A stretch of DNA of 64,000 nt from a virus (taxonomy: Duplodnaviria > Caudoviricetes): the IMG/VR virus record IMGVR_UViG_3300002895_000002, positions 96,001-160,000 of that record; one strand, written 5' to 3'. The notes under the pieces are model-generated. The model did not search any database. It was not told the origin of the DNA and worked only from the letters and a program-made list of their open reading frames with translations. Within the stretch, counting starts at the first letter, position 1. Each line of letters starts with the position of its first letter. The position numbers were made by a program, and so were the translations under genes. Shown in pieces: positions 7,986 through 17,930 of the stretch.

Positions 7986-9101
7986 ATGCGAGACTTTATT
8001 CTCAGCACTTTTATCACCAAACGAGGAACTTGTGATAGTTCAAAAATAAATCTTCTCTCAAATTATCATGATGACCTAGTTGAACTTGTTCCTGGGTGTG
8101 ATGGTGATGATAAAGAACGATTGTTTTGGTTATCGAGAGGGATAACAGAAGCTCCGGTTTGCAAAACTTGTGGTGGAAAAACAAAGTGGAAAGGGCTCTT
8201 TACTGTTGGAAAGAAGAGCTCTTATCCACTTTTCTGTTCTCCTGCTTGTAGAGCAAAAGATCCAGATGTTACCGAAAAACTCAAGGACTCTCAGTCAAAT
8301 CTCTATCAAGATGAAATGTTAGCAGTTTCTAATAAAGATGAATTGATAGAAATAATCAAACGTCGTTATTATAATGGCAGCAAAACAAATGGCAACTTCC
8401 TTCGTGCTCTCACTCCAAATATAAAAAGTCTACTCAATACTCTTACTCCAAAACTCAAATCTAACGACTACAAAGAAAAGATCTATTGGGTGATGAACGG
8501 ATTTGAAGACTACCCAAATTGGTGTTCGTGTGGCAACCCAATCACTCAGTTTAGAAAAGAATATAAGTGGAAGTTCTGTTCTAACAAATGCAAAGCAAAT
8601 GATCCTGATTTCCAAAAACAAAGAATCGAAACAACAACCTCACGATATGGGACTTCAAATAACAATGCAAAAACCAAACAAACAAACATAAAGAAGTATG
8701 GTGTTGAAAACGTATCACAAATCCCAGCGGTAGCTGATAAGATACTCAAAAATGGACACAGAAAGAAAGTATACACATTTCCTTCTGGAAGAAAAGTATT
8801 CGTTCAAGGATACGAGCCCCAAGCAATCGATGAATTGTTGAAAACATATAATGAAGATGATATTGTTCTTGATCGAAAACAAATACCAACATTTTGGTGG
8901 AACGACAAAACAGGAAAGAAGCACAGATATTTCCCTGATATATTCATCCCAAAAGACAATCTGGTAGTTGAAGTAAAGAGTAAGTGGACCTATGACTCTG
9001 CAAAAGATGTAAATGAGCGAAAGTTCGAACGTGTTCGGGAATCTACCTACAACTTTCGTTTGATGATACTTGATAAATACCAATGGAGGATTCTACCATG
9101 A
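7986..9101 (+). CDS. Putative homing endonuclease (Zn-ribbon repeats plus PD-(D/E)XK/TnsA-like domain)
   Basis: CxxC..CS..C repeats; KYGVENVSQ; RYFPDIFIP..VVEVKSKWT; AT-rich insert between gp13 and gp14. Confidence 0.75.
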   Translation: MRDFILSTFITKRGTCDSSKINLLSNYHDDLVELVPGCDGDDKERLFWLSRGITEAPVCKTCGGKTKWKGLFTVGKKSSYPLFCSPACRAKDPDVTEKLKDSQSNLYQDEMLAVSNKDELIEIIKRRYYNGSKTNGNFLRALTPNIKSLLNTLTPKLKSNDYKEKIYWVMNGFEDYPNWCSCGNPITQFRKEYKWKFCSNKCKANDPDFQKQRIETTTSRYGTSNNNAKTKQTNIKKYGVENVSQIPAVADKILKNGHRKKVYTFPSGRKVFVQGYEPQAIDELLKTYNEDDIVLDRKQIPTFWWNDKTGKKHRYFPDIFIPKDNLVVEVKSKWTYDSAKDVNERKFERVRESTYNFRLMILDKYQWRILP

Positions 9102-9535
9102 ACAAATTCATAGATATGCTCGAAACAGCTCCACAAGTCAATAAGAAACTTGCTGACAGTCAGGCCAAGATTGCTCAGCGAATCCGTATCCAGAAGGAAC
9201 GGGAAGCTCAGATCAAAGCAATGACCATGCAGGAATCTGAGGACTTTGATCAGTATCTTTCGTCCATTGACTCTGTGATCTATGAGAACGCTGCTGTTCA
9301 TCCTGAAGGTGGGGCAGTTCGGGATGGTGGTCGTTTTGTTCTGAGTCATCATGTCATAAAGACGGATCCCTATCTCTTCGGCATGGACACGGACGAGCAC
9401 AAGCGATTCATTTCGAAGGCAGGGACCAAAGGCGATGCAAAAGTAACAATGCATGCTCCTGGGTTCTACGATCTGTATTTTGACGATGGTGACATTGTTC
9501 CAGCAATATCCGGTCATTTCGTTAAGCCGGCATAA
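9098..9535 (+). CDS. Hypothetical protein
   Basis: GGAGG RBS; late promoter GATAAATA at 9072 inside the HE 3' end. Confidence 0.7.
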   Translation: MNKFIDMLETAPQVNKKLADSQAKIAQRIRIQKEREAQIKAMTMQESEDFDQYLSSIDSVIYENAAVHPEGGAVRDGGRFVLSHHVIKTDPYLFGMDTDEHKRFISKAGTKGDAKVTMHAPGFYDLYFDDGDIVPAISGHFVKPA

Positions 9536-9556
9536 TATACCAAGGAGAAATCAAAC

Positions 9557-10123
9557 ATGAGTAAAATGGATCTGTATCTCAAAGGTCTCGATGGTCTTGC
9601 TACAGTGATCGGTGCTGCCCTGGTTGTTGAGAGCAAAGAAGAAGTAAAAGAAGAGCCGACAGTCATCGAAGAGAGTGTTGAGGAAGAATACCTCTGTGAA
9701 GGCATCAAATCTTCCTCACTCAAGAAGGGTGATCGGGTGATGATGAAGGACAAGTATGAAGAGATTCCGGTTGAAATTCTCGGGTTCTCTCATCACTCCG
9801 CTAAGTATGGTGATCATAGCAAATATGACGCCAAACACGACCCGGAAGGCAAGTTCAAAGGCAAGGACTTTGAATCCCATAAGGAAATGTTGGATCACTA
9901 CGGAGTAAAGAGCCTCAAGGACCTCGAGCAACACGAAGACATCAAGAAAGCGGAGTATGGTCATCACCCATACATGAAACTCAAAGCCCATGAGAACGGA
10001 AACTCGTACGACTTCAACGCATACCCGTATAAGGGTCGGTGGAATGTTGGTACTAGCGCTGACAGCATTTCCTTCCGTAAGATGACCCCGGAAGAGGAAG
10101 AGAAGCATTTCGGTAGTAAGTAA
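9557..10123 (+). CDS. Hypothetical protein
   Basis: AAGGAG RBS; 188 aa; acidic linker then charged domain. Confidence 0.7.
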   Translation: MSKMDLYLKGLDGLATVIGAALVVESKEEVKEEPTVIEESVEEEYLCEGIKSSSLKKGDRVMMKDKYEEIPVEILGFSHHSAKYGDHSKYDAKHDPEGKFKGKDFESHKEMLDHYGVKSLKDLEQHEDIKKAEYGHHPYMKLKAHENGNSYDFNAYPYKGRWNVGTSADSISFRKMTPEEEEKHFGSK

Positions 10124-10138
10124 CCTATACCGCTTAGA

Positions 10139-10852
10139 TCATTTCCAGAAAAGAAACGCGACTAGTCCAATAAGGGCGGATTCACGTTGTTCCGCCCTTC
10201 GTTGTTTTATTATTTTGGACATGTATGCTTTGTGTTCATCTGAGTGGATGTGTTTACCCTTATTTGCTTCACTTATTTTTCGACAATGCTCCTCAGACCT
10301 CTGGGGTTTTGGTACTCCCCTCAATGAATCGGAAATCTTACGTTTGGTTTCGTTGGATAATGTCTTACCAGTTTGTGCTCTGGAATTTTTTGCTCTCTCT
10401 TCCACACTCACAACTCGACCAGATAGAGATTTACTTCTTTTCTCTCGAGTTTCGTTGCTTATAGATGTTGCTGCTATCCTTTTCTTGGCTCTGGTTTCTT
10501 CTGATGGGTTACGATTAGCATCTCCTATCTTCTGACGGTGTTCTTTAGAAGGGGACCTTCCTTTTCTATTGGGTGGTCTATATCCACCAGGCGTTAGGTT
10601 ATAAACATCTGTTCTGGAAAGAAATGATCTATCCACAATCCAAGACTCAATCTCATAAGCCTCTTCCTCGTTTCTGGCTAGATGAAGGATGTGTCGTTGG
10701 AAATTATTCTTTCCATACTTTTTGATGGCTTTGAGGATGTTATCTCCCGAACCCAGATATGAATCCTTGAGTCGATTAGCGGAATGGACGCCGACGTAGA
10801 TTTTGCCGTTGATAAGATTGTGAGTGAGGTAGATAAAGTGATACAGTTTCAT
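10139..10852 (-). CDS. GIY-YIG (Seg-like) homing endonuclease with NUMOD3 repeats
   Basis: YHFIYLTHNLINGKIYVGVH..YLGSG..KKYGKNNF..YNL; GGAG RBS before ATG 10852. Confidence 0.9.
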   Translation of the reverse strand: MKLYHFIYLTHNLINGKIYVGVHSANRLKDSYLGSGDNILKAIKKYGKNNFQRHILHLARNEEEAYEIESWIVDRSFLSRTDVYNLTPGGYRPPNRKGRSPSKEHRQKIGDANRNPSEETRAKKRIAATSISNETREKRSKSLSGRVVSVEERAKNSRAQTGKTLSNETKRKISDSLRGVPKPQRSEEHCRKISEANKGKHIHSDEHKAYMSKIIKQRRAEQRESALIGLVAFLFWK

Positions 10853-10862
10853 GGTGACTCCG

Positions 10863-10949
10863 ATAAATAGATGTGACAGGGACATCGGGAGTGACTCCCT
10901 TCCGTTGAGTCTCAGCTGCAACTGGACTCTTACCTGTCTATTATTTATA
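10863..10949. ncRNA. HE-associated three-way-junction element, copy E3
   Basis: GGAC ATCGG[GAGTGACTCCCTT]CCGTT GAGTC T CAG[CTGCAA]CTG GACTC TTACC. Confidence 0.75.
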
Positions 10950-10964
10950 ATACCTGGATAGAAA

Positions 10965-11639
10965 ATGCCAATACCAACATTCAACAGACAGACGACGGTT
11001 TTTAAGTTCAATGAACGTTATGCACCAGACCAAGGTGAAGCTCATTTATATCATACAATCTTGTGCGAGGCCGTTTGGAAGCACGGAACTGATGTTATTT
11101 TCATTCCCCGGGTCATCTCGGGGATTGAGAAAATCTTTGGAGAGTACCTTGCTCCTGTTCTGGAGAAAGGACATCCGTTCCGGATGTTTGTTGATGAGGT
11201 AGAGAACTGGAACGGGACTGGTGACATGTATTCCCGCTTTGGTCTCAAGGTTCAAGATTCGATGACCTGCTGGCTCCCCATCGATAGCTTCCGGGAACAG
11301 AACCCAGATGGTAGTGATGGGGAGTTGCTTTTCCCTCAGCACAATGACCTCTTATACCACGTGCCGTCCAAGAAGCTCTTTGAGATCACTCACGTGGAAA
11401 ATGAGAGTCACCCAAGTTTCTATCTGTTTGGAAACCTCCGTTGCTATAAGTTTACCACCACTCTGTACTCTTACAACCACGAAGAAGTGGTTGACGATGC
11501 ATCGCTCCCTGAAGGGCTGTTTGAGCTTAGCCAGCAAGCTGAGCCCCAAGATTTTGATCGAAACAATCAGCGGTATCAGGATAGAACAGTAACAGAGCAA
11601 ACGTTGGACAAAACTGAGAAAAATCCAATTTTTGAGTAG
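10965..11639 (+). CDS. gp14: Neck protein
   Basis: EAVWKHGTDVIFIPR..IFGE; SRFGL; DLLYHVPSKKLFEITHVE..FYLFG; synteny. Confidence 0.9.
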   Translation: MPIPTFNRQTTVFKFNERYAPDQGEAHLYHTILCEAVWKHGTDVIFIPRVISGIEKIFGEYLAPVLEKGHPFRMFVDEVENWNGTGDMYSRFGLKVQDSMTCWLPIDSFREQNPDGSDGELLFPQHNDLLYHVPSKKLFEITHVENESHPSFYLFGNLRCYKFTTTLYSYNHEEVVDDASLPEGLFELSQQAEPQDFDRNNQRYQDRTVTEQTLDKTEKNPIFE

Positions 11640-12259
11640 CTATTTCTTATATTTGCAGTTATCACCATGCCATCTCTTTATCAATGAGGGGATGGCTTCT
11701 TTTTTGCAATAAGGACATATAGCATTTGGTCTATTTCTTATAGACTCACTCATCTTCTGTTTGCTTTCTTCAGTGTGGGTCCACCCAGTATAAGGTGTTC
11801 GTTGTTTTGCTTTTTCGCTTATTATCTTTTTTGATTCATCCGAATGTTTCCACCCAGTATAAGGTGTTCGTTGTTTTGCTTTCTCACTCATTATCTTCTT
11901 TGAGTCGACTGAGTGTTTTTGCCCCTTTCTTCTCAATGCTCTTTTTTCTACATGTTCTTTTGATTGTTTTTCCCTTTTTGATTTGGTGGTCGACGACCAC
12001 CCGGGACAAGATTATAGGTGTCTTTTCTCTTTATAAAAGAATTGTCAACCATCCAAGATTCAAACTCGTAAGCTTCCTCTTCATTCCTACCGATAAAAAG
12101 AATGGTTCTTTTGAATTGATCTTTTCCATACTTTTTGATCGCAGGAAGTAATAAAAACCCAGATCCCAAGTATGAATCTTCAAACGAATCAGACGAATGA
12201 ACACCAACATAAATCATATTGTTTATAAGGTTCTGAGTAAGATAGACGAAGTGATACAC
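11640..12259 (-). pseudogene. GIY-YIG homing endonuclease with NUMOD3 repeats, -1 frameshift
   Basis: GTG 12259 with AGGAG RBS; GIY-YIG domain to 11948; joins the NUMOD3 ORF (to 11640) if the T5 run 11967-11971 gains one base. Confidence 0.8.
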
Positions 12260-12276
12260 GAATGTCTCCTGATGAC

Positions 12277-12358
12277 ATAAATAGGATTGTGGGGACAGCA
12301 GTTTCCTGGACTGTTGGTGTTCGTTGCCCGACGACACCTTACCCACAATCCTATTTAT
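12277..12358. ncRNA. HE-associated three-way-junction element, copy E4
   Basis: Perfect 17-bp outer stem ataaataggattgtggg/cccacaatcctatttat; AGCAG[TTTCCTGGA]CTGTT GGTGT T CGT[TGCCCG]ACG ACACC TTA. Confidence 0.75.
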
Positions 12359-12374
12359 CAAAATGGATGTCAAC

Positions 12375-13190
12375 ATGGTTTATTTCGCTCATAACAATCT
12401 AACTAGACGGGTTTTGGTATCTTTTCTGGATTTCTTATCAAGATTTACCATTGAAAAATATCAATATAACCAAACTACGGGAGAGTTTGAATCCAGAAAG
12501 TTCGTGAGAGTTCCTATACAATATGCGAGCAAGGAAGAATGGTTGCAGGTTCTCGATTCTACGACAGGAAGGAGACAATTCAATCCTGCTCTCATGAATC
12601 CAATAGAATCTGAATGGATTCTCCCTAGATTGTCTGCCAACATTGTGAATATGACGTATGATTCAAATAGAAAAGTTTCATCGTTGAACCGAGTTCCTGA
12701 CATTGGAAGAAATCCAGACTCAACGATGAAAAATTACTACATGCCGGTTCCTTATTCGCTGGATCTTGATGTATATGCTGTTGCCAAGAGCATGGATGAC
12801 ATCCTCCAGATAACTGAGCAGATGGTTCCATTCTTCAGTCCGTCTATGAGCATGGATGTTAAGCTGTTCCCTGATGCGCCAGCAGAGAGCATTCCCGTTG
12901 TTCTCCAAAGCACAGTTCCTGATTACCCGGACGAGATTGGTTCTGAGGATGAGATCCGACTCTATCAAATGACCTTTGGGTTCCAGATCCGCATGAACTA
13001 TTACCTGCCGAGAAGGATTGACCCAACTGTCAAGAGCGTTGTTGTTGACTACGAGCTTGAGGATGCAGAACGGTTTGCTCGGTATGTTCAGACTGCTCGA
13101 GATCTATACCCAGTAGGTGAGTATAAGGACCGTCCTAATCTTGATCTCAATCCTGTTGATGTCTCTGAGGATTTTCCTGGGATACCTTGA
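12375..13190 (+). CDS. gp15: Tail sheath stabiliser/terminator
   Basis: YFAHNNLTRRVLVSF; RVPIQYASKEEW; ILPRLS; MPVPYSL; QITEQMVPFFSP. Confidence 0.9.
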   Translation: MVYFAHNNLTRRVLVSFLDFLSRFTIEKYQYNQTTGEFESRKFVRVPIQYASKEEWLQVLDSTTGRRQFNPALMNPIESEWILPRLSANIVNMTYDSNRKVSSLNRVPDIGRNPDSTMKNYYMPVPYSLDLDVYAVAKSMDDILQITEQMVPFFSPSMSMDVKLFPDAPAESIPVVLQSTVPDYPDEIGSEDEIRLYQMTFGFQIRMNYYLPRRIDPTVKSVVVDYELEDAERFARYVQTARDLYPVGEYKDRPNLDLNPVDVSEDFPGIP

Positions 13191-13215
13191 TAAATAAAGG
13201 TGGAGGATTCCACCA

Positions 13216-13776
13216 ATGAATAAAAGCGAAAAACTACAACGACTTGAACAGAAATTTGGAGCAGCACAGACGGCAGTTGCACAGATTGATGATCTGGTTT
13301 CTGAACTAGGTATTAATAACATAGACGTAGAACCGGCGGGTGCTTTGACAGTAAAGGAAGCAAATCTTCCCTCTACTGAAACAGAGCACCTTGAGTTATT
13401 TTCTGTTCAGCGATTACTGACGGACTTTGAAATGGTCCGGAGTAACATCATTCGTCTTATCAATACCGGACAAAGGATTCTTGAAAGTACCCAGGTTCTT
13501 GATCTGGGAGATCTAAAAGCATCACAGCTTGATGCTCTCACAAATCTTCAACGAACGATTGCTGAGAACACGAAAATGCTCCTTGAGATCTACAAGGACA
13601 TGGCAGCAATCGAGAAGGCTCGGGGTGCTGGGAAAGCAAAGCCTGTTGATGTACCTGCTGGAAACGTTATGACGGGACCAGTGACACAGAACAACATTGT
13701 GTTTCAAGGAAGCACCGCAGAGCTTATGAAGTTGATACACAATGGCGGAAAAGTGATTGAGGGTGAGACTGTATGA
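13216..13776 (+). CDS. gp16: Terminase small subunit
   Basis: DFEMVRSNI; QNNIVFQGSTAELMKLI; directly upstream of gp17. Confidence 0.75.
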   Translation: MNKSEKLQRLEQKFGAAQTAVAQIDDLVSELGINNIDVEPAGALTVKEANLPSTETEHLELFSVQRLLTDFEMVRSNIIRLINTGQRILESTQVLDLGDLKASQLDALTNLQRTIAENTKMLLEIYKDMAAIEKARGAGKAKPVDVPAGNVMTGPVTQNNIVFQGSTAELMKLIHNGGKVIEGETV

Positions 13777-15449
13777 TTCATTTCTCTCTTCCAGATTTTA
13801 CGGAAGACCTAAATGGCAATAAGCTTCAGTTCAACGGGAACGAGCAGCTTAAGGGCTTACGTCAACCGCTTGCATTTACTCCCGAACACATTCAGGAGAT
13901 AATGAAGTGTAAGGATGACATCCAGTATTTCGCTGAGAAATATTATCACATCCTAAGTCTTGATGATGGTATGATCAAGATCAAGATGAGGGACTACCAG
14001 AAAGAACTGGTCCAGAACTTCAAGAACCACAGATTCAATATCGTTATGGCCACTCGGCAGTGCGGTAAGTCAACGAGCTTTGAAGTTTTCGTTCTCCATT
14101 ACATCCTTTTCCATACAGACAAGAACGTTGCTCTTCTTGCCAACAAAGCAGCAAACAGTTTCGACTTGCTCCGGAAGATTAAGAACGCATACGAGCTTCT
14201 TCCAAAGTGGCTCCAGGTTGGTGTAAAGGTTTGGAACCAAAGTCGAATTGAACTTGAAAACGGTTGTATGGTAATTGCAGCAGCAACAAGCTCATCTGCA
14301 ATTCGTTCGAAGTCCATCAACTTACTGATCATAGACGAATGTGCATTTATTCCGCCCAACATCTGGGAGAACTTCTATTCATCATCATATCCGACGATTT
14401 CATCTTCCAAAACATCAAAGGTCATCTTCGTTTCTACTCCGAACGGTATGAACCACTTCTACAAGTTCTGGACAGATGCGCAGGCAGGAAAGAATACTTT
14501 TACACCATATCAGATCCACTGGTACCAAGTACCTGGTCGTGACGAGAAGTGGAAAGAAGAGACCATTGCTAACGTCGGTCTCCAGACATTCAACCAGGAA
14601 TACCTCTGTCACTTCCTTGGGTCGGCAGGTACTCTTATTGAGGGACATGTTCTGTCCCTCATGCGGTACAAAGACCCGCTCGAGTTTACTGAGATACATC
14701 AGGACCTTCCGAATGACCTCCATAGCATGATGAGGGTCTTTGAAGTACCACAGAAGGGACATACCTACTCCATTGGTGTTGACTCGTCCAAGATGACCAA
14801 GGAGTCCAACGGTGATGCATTCTGTGTTCAGGTCCTTGACATAACCTGTCTCCCATACCGGCAGGTTGCTACGTTCTATGCCAAGAACGGATTCAACTAC
14901 ATGCAGGGACCTGAGGTCATAGTCAAACTCGGGTGGTGGTACAACGATGCTTATATTTTCATCGAGAACAATGAGATCGGTCAAGAGGTAGCAAACATCA
15001 CCGCCTTTGACTACGAATACGAGAATGTGTTCTACGAAAAACCATCTTTGCCTGGATTCCGAACCACAAAGCTCTCAAAGCGATTGGGATGTTCAAACAC
15101 AAAGATCCTTGCTGAGAACTTCAAGGTTGAGATCAACGACTTTGAAACCATCAGTCAGTTCAGTACCTTCATCAAGAAGGGAACGTCGTATGCAGCAGAG
15201 GGTGGATATCAGGATGATGCTGTTATGTCATTCATGGCGTGTTTGTTCTTCATGCAACGACAAGAATTTCAGGAGCACGAGAACAAACAGGATCTCTTCA
15301 AAGAGATTTTTGACAAACAAGCATCACAAAGAGCAGCAGAAGTTCAGCTCAACGATGATGTCCCGAGCTTCGGGATCTGTCCGGACATTGATGTTGGTGG
15401 GGACATCTCAATGCCTTGTGCATTTCCACCAGATCCTTATGATTGGTAA
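13773..15449 (+). CDS. gp17: Terminase large subunit
   Basis: Walker A ATRQCGKST; Walker B LLIIDECAF; FVSTPNG; FNQEY; nuclease GVDSS..YQDDAVM. Confidence 0.97.
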   Translation: MIHFSLPDFTEDLNGNKLQFNGNEQLKGLRQPLAFTPEHIQEIMKCKDDIQYFAEKYYHILSLDDGMIKIKMRDYQKELVQNFKNHRFNIVMATRQCGKSTSFEVFVLHYILFHTDKNVALLANKAANSFDLLRKIKNAYELLPKWLQVGVKVWNQSRIELENGCMVIAAATSSSAIRSKSINLLIIDECAFIPPNIWENFYSSSYPTISSSKTSKVIFVSTPNGMNHFYKFWTDAQAGKNTFTPYQIHWYQVPGRDEKWKEETIANVGLQTFNQEYLCHFLGSAGTLIEGHVLSLMRYKDPLEFTEIHQDLPNDLHSMMRVFEVPQKGHTYSIGVDSSKMTKESNGDAFCVQVLDITCLPYRQVATFYAKNGFNYMQGPEVIVKLGWWYNDAYIFIENNEIGQEVANITAFDYEYENVFYEKPSLPGFRTTKLSKRLGCSNTKILAENFKVEINDFETISQFSTFIKKGTSYAAEGGYQDDAVMSFMACLFFMQRQEFQEHENKQDLFKEIFDKQASQRAAEVQLNDDVPSFGICPDIDVGGDISMPCAFPPDPYDW

Positions 15450-15555
15450 AAGTAAATCGATTTCTTTGATTGAGATAAATAAAGAAGAACTCAATGTGGT
15501 AGATTGAAATGGGATAGCCCTCAGTCGAGAACATAAAACAAAGGAGACATAAGAC

Positions 15556-17904
15556 ATGGCATTTTCGCTCAGCCCTTCAGTTGATGTGAGAGAGTTCGAT
15601 CTGTCCTTGACGATTCCGAACCTCCCTTCCGCTAAGACCGGCATGGTCCTGCCGGCCGACAAGGGTCCTTGCCTCGCCATCACTGCAATCACCAGTGAAG
15701 CCGACCTTGTCAACAAGTTCGGCAAGCCGACCAAGGACAATTACAAAGAGTGGTTCAACGCATGGAACTTCCTTCAGTATGCATCGAGCCTCTACGTTGC
15801 TCGCCCGCTGCCGCAGGTTGGTGGTGTTCCTGTTGAGAACGCAGCTCTGAAGTTCAACGCTCCAGGCGGGGTTTTTGATTCCGTCAACAATGAGAGCCTC
15901 GGCGATTTCTACAACGAGGAGCTGGCTTTTGGACAGATTGAGAACCAGCATACCATGGTCGCTCTTGACGACCTGATCTTCGTCAATCGTGCTGTTACGT
16001 CAACACAAGACGCTGCTGTTGCTACTTGTTCCGACCCAGCATACTGGAACAGCCCAATCGCTAATGATGTTGCCGCTAAAGGCAAGATTGTTTTCACTGC
16101 CGGCGTTGGTGATTGTGTTGTTGATGCAACCCTGTTGGGTGAAGGTACTCCGAGCAACACCAGCCCGATCGCCACTCGCCCTGTTTATCCGGCTGGCTCT
16201 ACCAAGATCGGAGTGGAAGACGCTTCATTCTTTGCTGTAGGTGACACCTTCATTGTTGGCAACAAGAACATCGTTGTCAAAGATGTTGATGTAGTGAACA
16301 ACATCCTGACAATCTCTCCGGGTCTGCCTGTTGCTGTCGCTCAACTCAAGAAGCTCTCTATCTTCTTTGACTTTACTGCCGGACCGATCCCGGTTGGTGC
16401 AACCACCATTCCGTGTCTTTCAACATCCGGTCTGGTAAACGGAGATAAGGTTGTTGTGTATGATGACAACACCGACCAGAAGATGGAACTGACCGTTGCT
16501 GGATTGACTCCAACTTCGTTCAGTTGTGCTGCTACTACGTTCACCATTGAAGAAGATACTGCCGGATACGTTGTTGGGTCTGACTCATACCTTCGTTCAT
16601 ACGATGCTCTGTATGATTCCGCTCTGGTCAAGACTGTTCAAGCTGGTGGTTCGACTGTCAGCACCTACATCATCGGAACTGGTTCGGTTGTAACGGAAGA
16701 ACTTGTTACCTTCAACGAACTGTTCGAGTTTGAGCCGGACTGGTCCAATGACGAGTTTGTTGTTGTTGTTCTTCAGAAGTCCAATAACAAGTTCGGTCTT
16801 GCTGAGACCTTCACTGGTTCCTACAATGAGACCGCACGTGACTTCAGTGGCCGCAACATGTTCATGGAGTCCGTGATCAACAGCCAGTCCAAGCTCGTGT
16901 ACTGTCTGGTCAAAGAGAACGGCAACAAGGTTGATACTGCTCCTCAGCCGCTGCAGAAGTTTGCTTCTTCCGCTCTTACTGTTGGCGATCCAGTCGGCAC
17001 CAACGACATCATCTTCGCAGAGGACCTCTTCAGAGATCCGGAAGGCTTCGATATCAACATCCTGATTGCCAGCAAAGGCAACCTTAACGGAATGTCCGAG
17101 ATTGCCGAAACCAGGAAAGACTGTGTTGCTATCGTATGTCCGTATCAAGAGACGGACTACATTGGCAAGTCTGCAACTGACGCCTGTGCCAAACTGATTG
17201 AAGAGTTTGGTGTCAAGTCCACAATGACTGGCTCCAGGGACTTCAGCAGATTCGGTACTTACTCCGCAGTATACGGCAACATGAAATACCAGTATGACAA
17301 GTTCAACGACGTCAACCGCTGGGTAGGTGTTGCTGGTGATATCGCTGGTCTGTATGCTGCGATGGATGCAGACAGGGATCCGTGGTGGGCTCCGGCAGGT
17401 CTCGAGCGTGGTAAGATCAAAAACGCTATCAAGCTCGTCATCAACCCGAACAAGCAAAACAGAGACGACCTGTATGTCAACAGCATCAACCCGATCCTGG
17501 GCATCCCGGGTGAAGGCAACGCTGTTGTATGGGGTCAGAAGACTGCAACTGCCAAGCCGAGTGCATTTGATCGCGTCAACGTTCGTCGACTCCTAATAAC
17601 GATCGAGAAGGCTGTTGCAACTGCATCCCGCTACGGTCTCTTCGAGTTCAACGATGCATTTACCCGGTCCAGGCTGTTTGCTCTCATCGACCCGTATCTC
17701 CGCACCGTTCAGGCTCGCCGGGGTGTTTATGACTTCCTGGTTGTCTGTGATGAAAGCAACAACCCGGCAACTGTGATTGACGCTAACGCGTTGGTTATCG
17801 ACGTTTACCTGAAGCCGACCAAGGTAGCAGAATTCATCCAGATAAATATGAAAGTAACAAGGACGGATGCTAACTTCCAAGAAATTGTCGGTCAAGCCCC
17901 ATAA
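15556..17904 (+). CDS. gp18: Tail sheath protein with enlarged insertion region
   Basis: MAFSLSPSVDVREFD; WWAPAGLERG; PNKQNRDDLY; AFDRVNVRRL; YLKPTKVAEFI. Confidence 0.95.
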   Translation: MAFSLSPSVDVREFDLSLTIPNLPSAKTGMVLPADKGPCLAITAITSEADLVNKFGKPTKDNYKEWFNAWNFLQYASSLYVARPLPQVGGVPVENAALKFNAPGGVFDSVNNESLGDFYNEELAFGQIENQHTMVALDDLIFVNRAVTSTQDAAVATCSDPAYWNSPIANDVAAKGKIVFTAGVGDCVVDATLLGEGTPSNTSPIATRPVYPAGSTKIGVEDASFFAVGDTFIVGNKNIVVKDVDVVNNILTISPGLPVAVAQLKKLSIFFDFTAGPIPVGATTIPCLSTSGLVNGDKVVVYDDNTDQKMELTVAGLTPTSFSCAATTFTIEEDTAGYVVGSDSYLRSYDALYDSALVKTVQAGGSTVSTYIIGTGSVVTEELVTFNELFEFEPDWSNDEFVVVVLQKSNNKFGLAETFTGSYNETARDFSGRNMFMESVINSQSKLVYCLVKENGNKVDTAPQPLQKFASSALTVGDPVGTNDIIFAEDLFRDPEGFDINILIASKGNLNGMSEIAETRKDCVAIVCPYQETDYIGKSATDACAKLIEEFGVKSTMTGSRDFSRFGTYSAVYGNMKYQYDKFNDVNRWVGVAGDIAGLYAAMDADRDPWWAPAGLERGKIKNAIKLVINPNKQNRDDLYVNSINPILGIPGEGNAVVWGQKTATAKPSAFDRVNVRRLLITIEKAVATASRYGLFEFNDAFTRSRLFALIDPYLRTVQARRGVYDFLVVCDESNNPATVIDANALVIDVYLKPTKVAEFIQINMKVTRTDANFQEIVGQAP

Positions 17905-17930
17905 CATCGACAATAATTCATAAGTTGATA

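Noticed and set aside
10853-11011. N-terminal extensions of HE ORFs in the supplied ORF track (also 12260-12376, 47168-47326)
   Set aside because: They read through the RNA element; the real starts have SD sequences at 10852, 12259 and 47167
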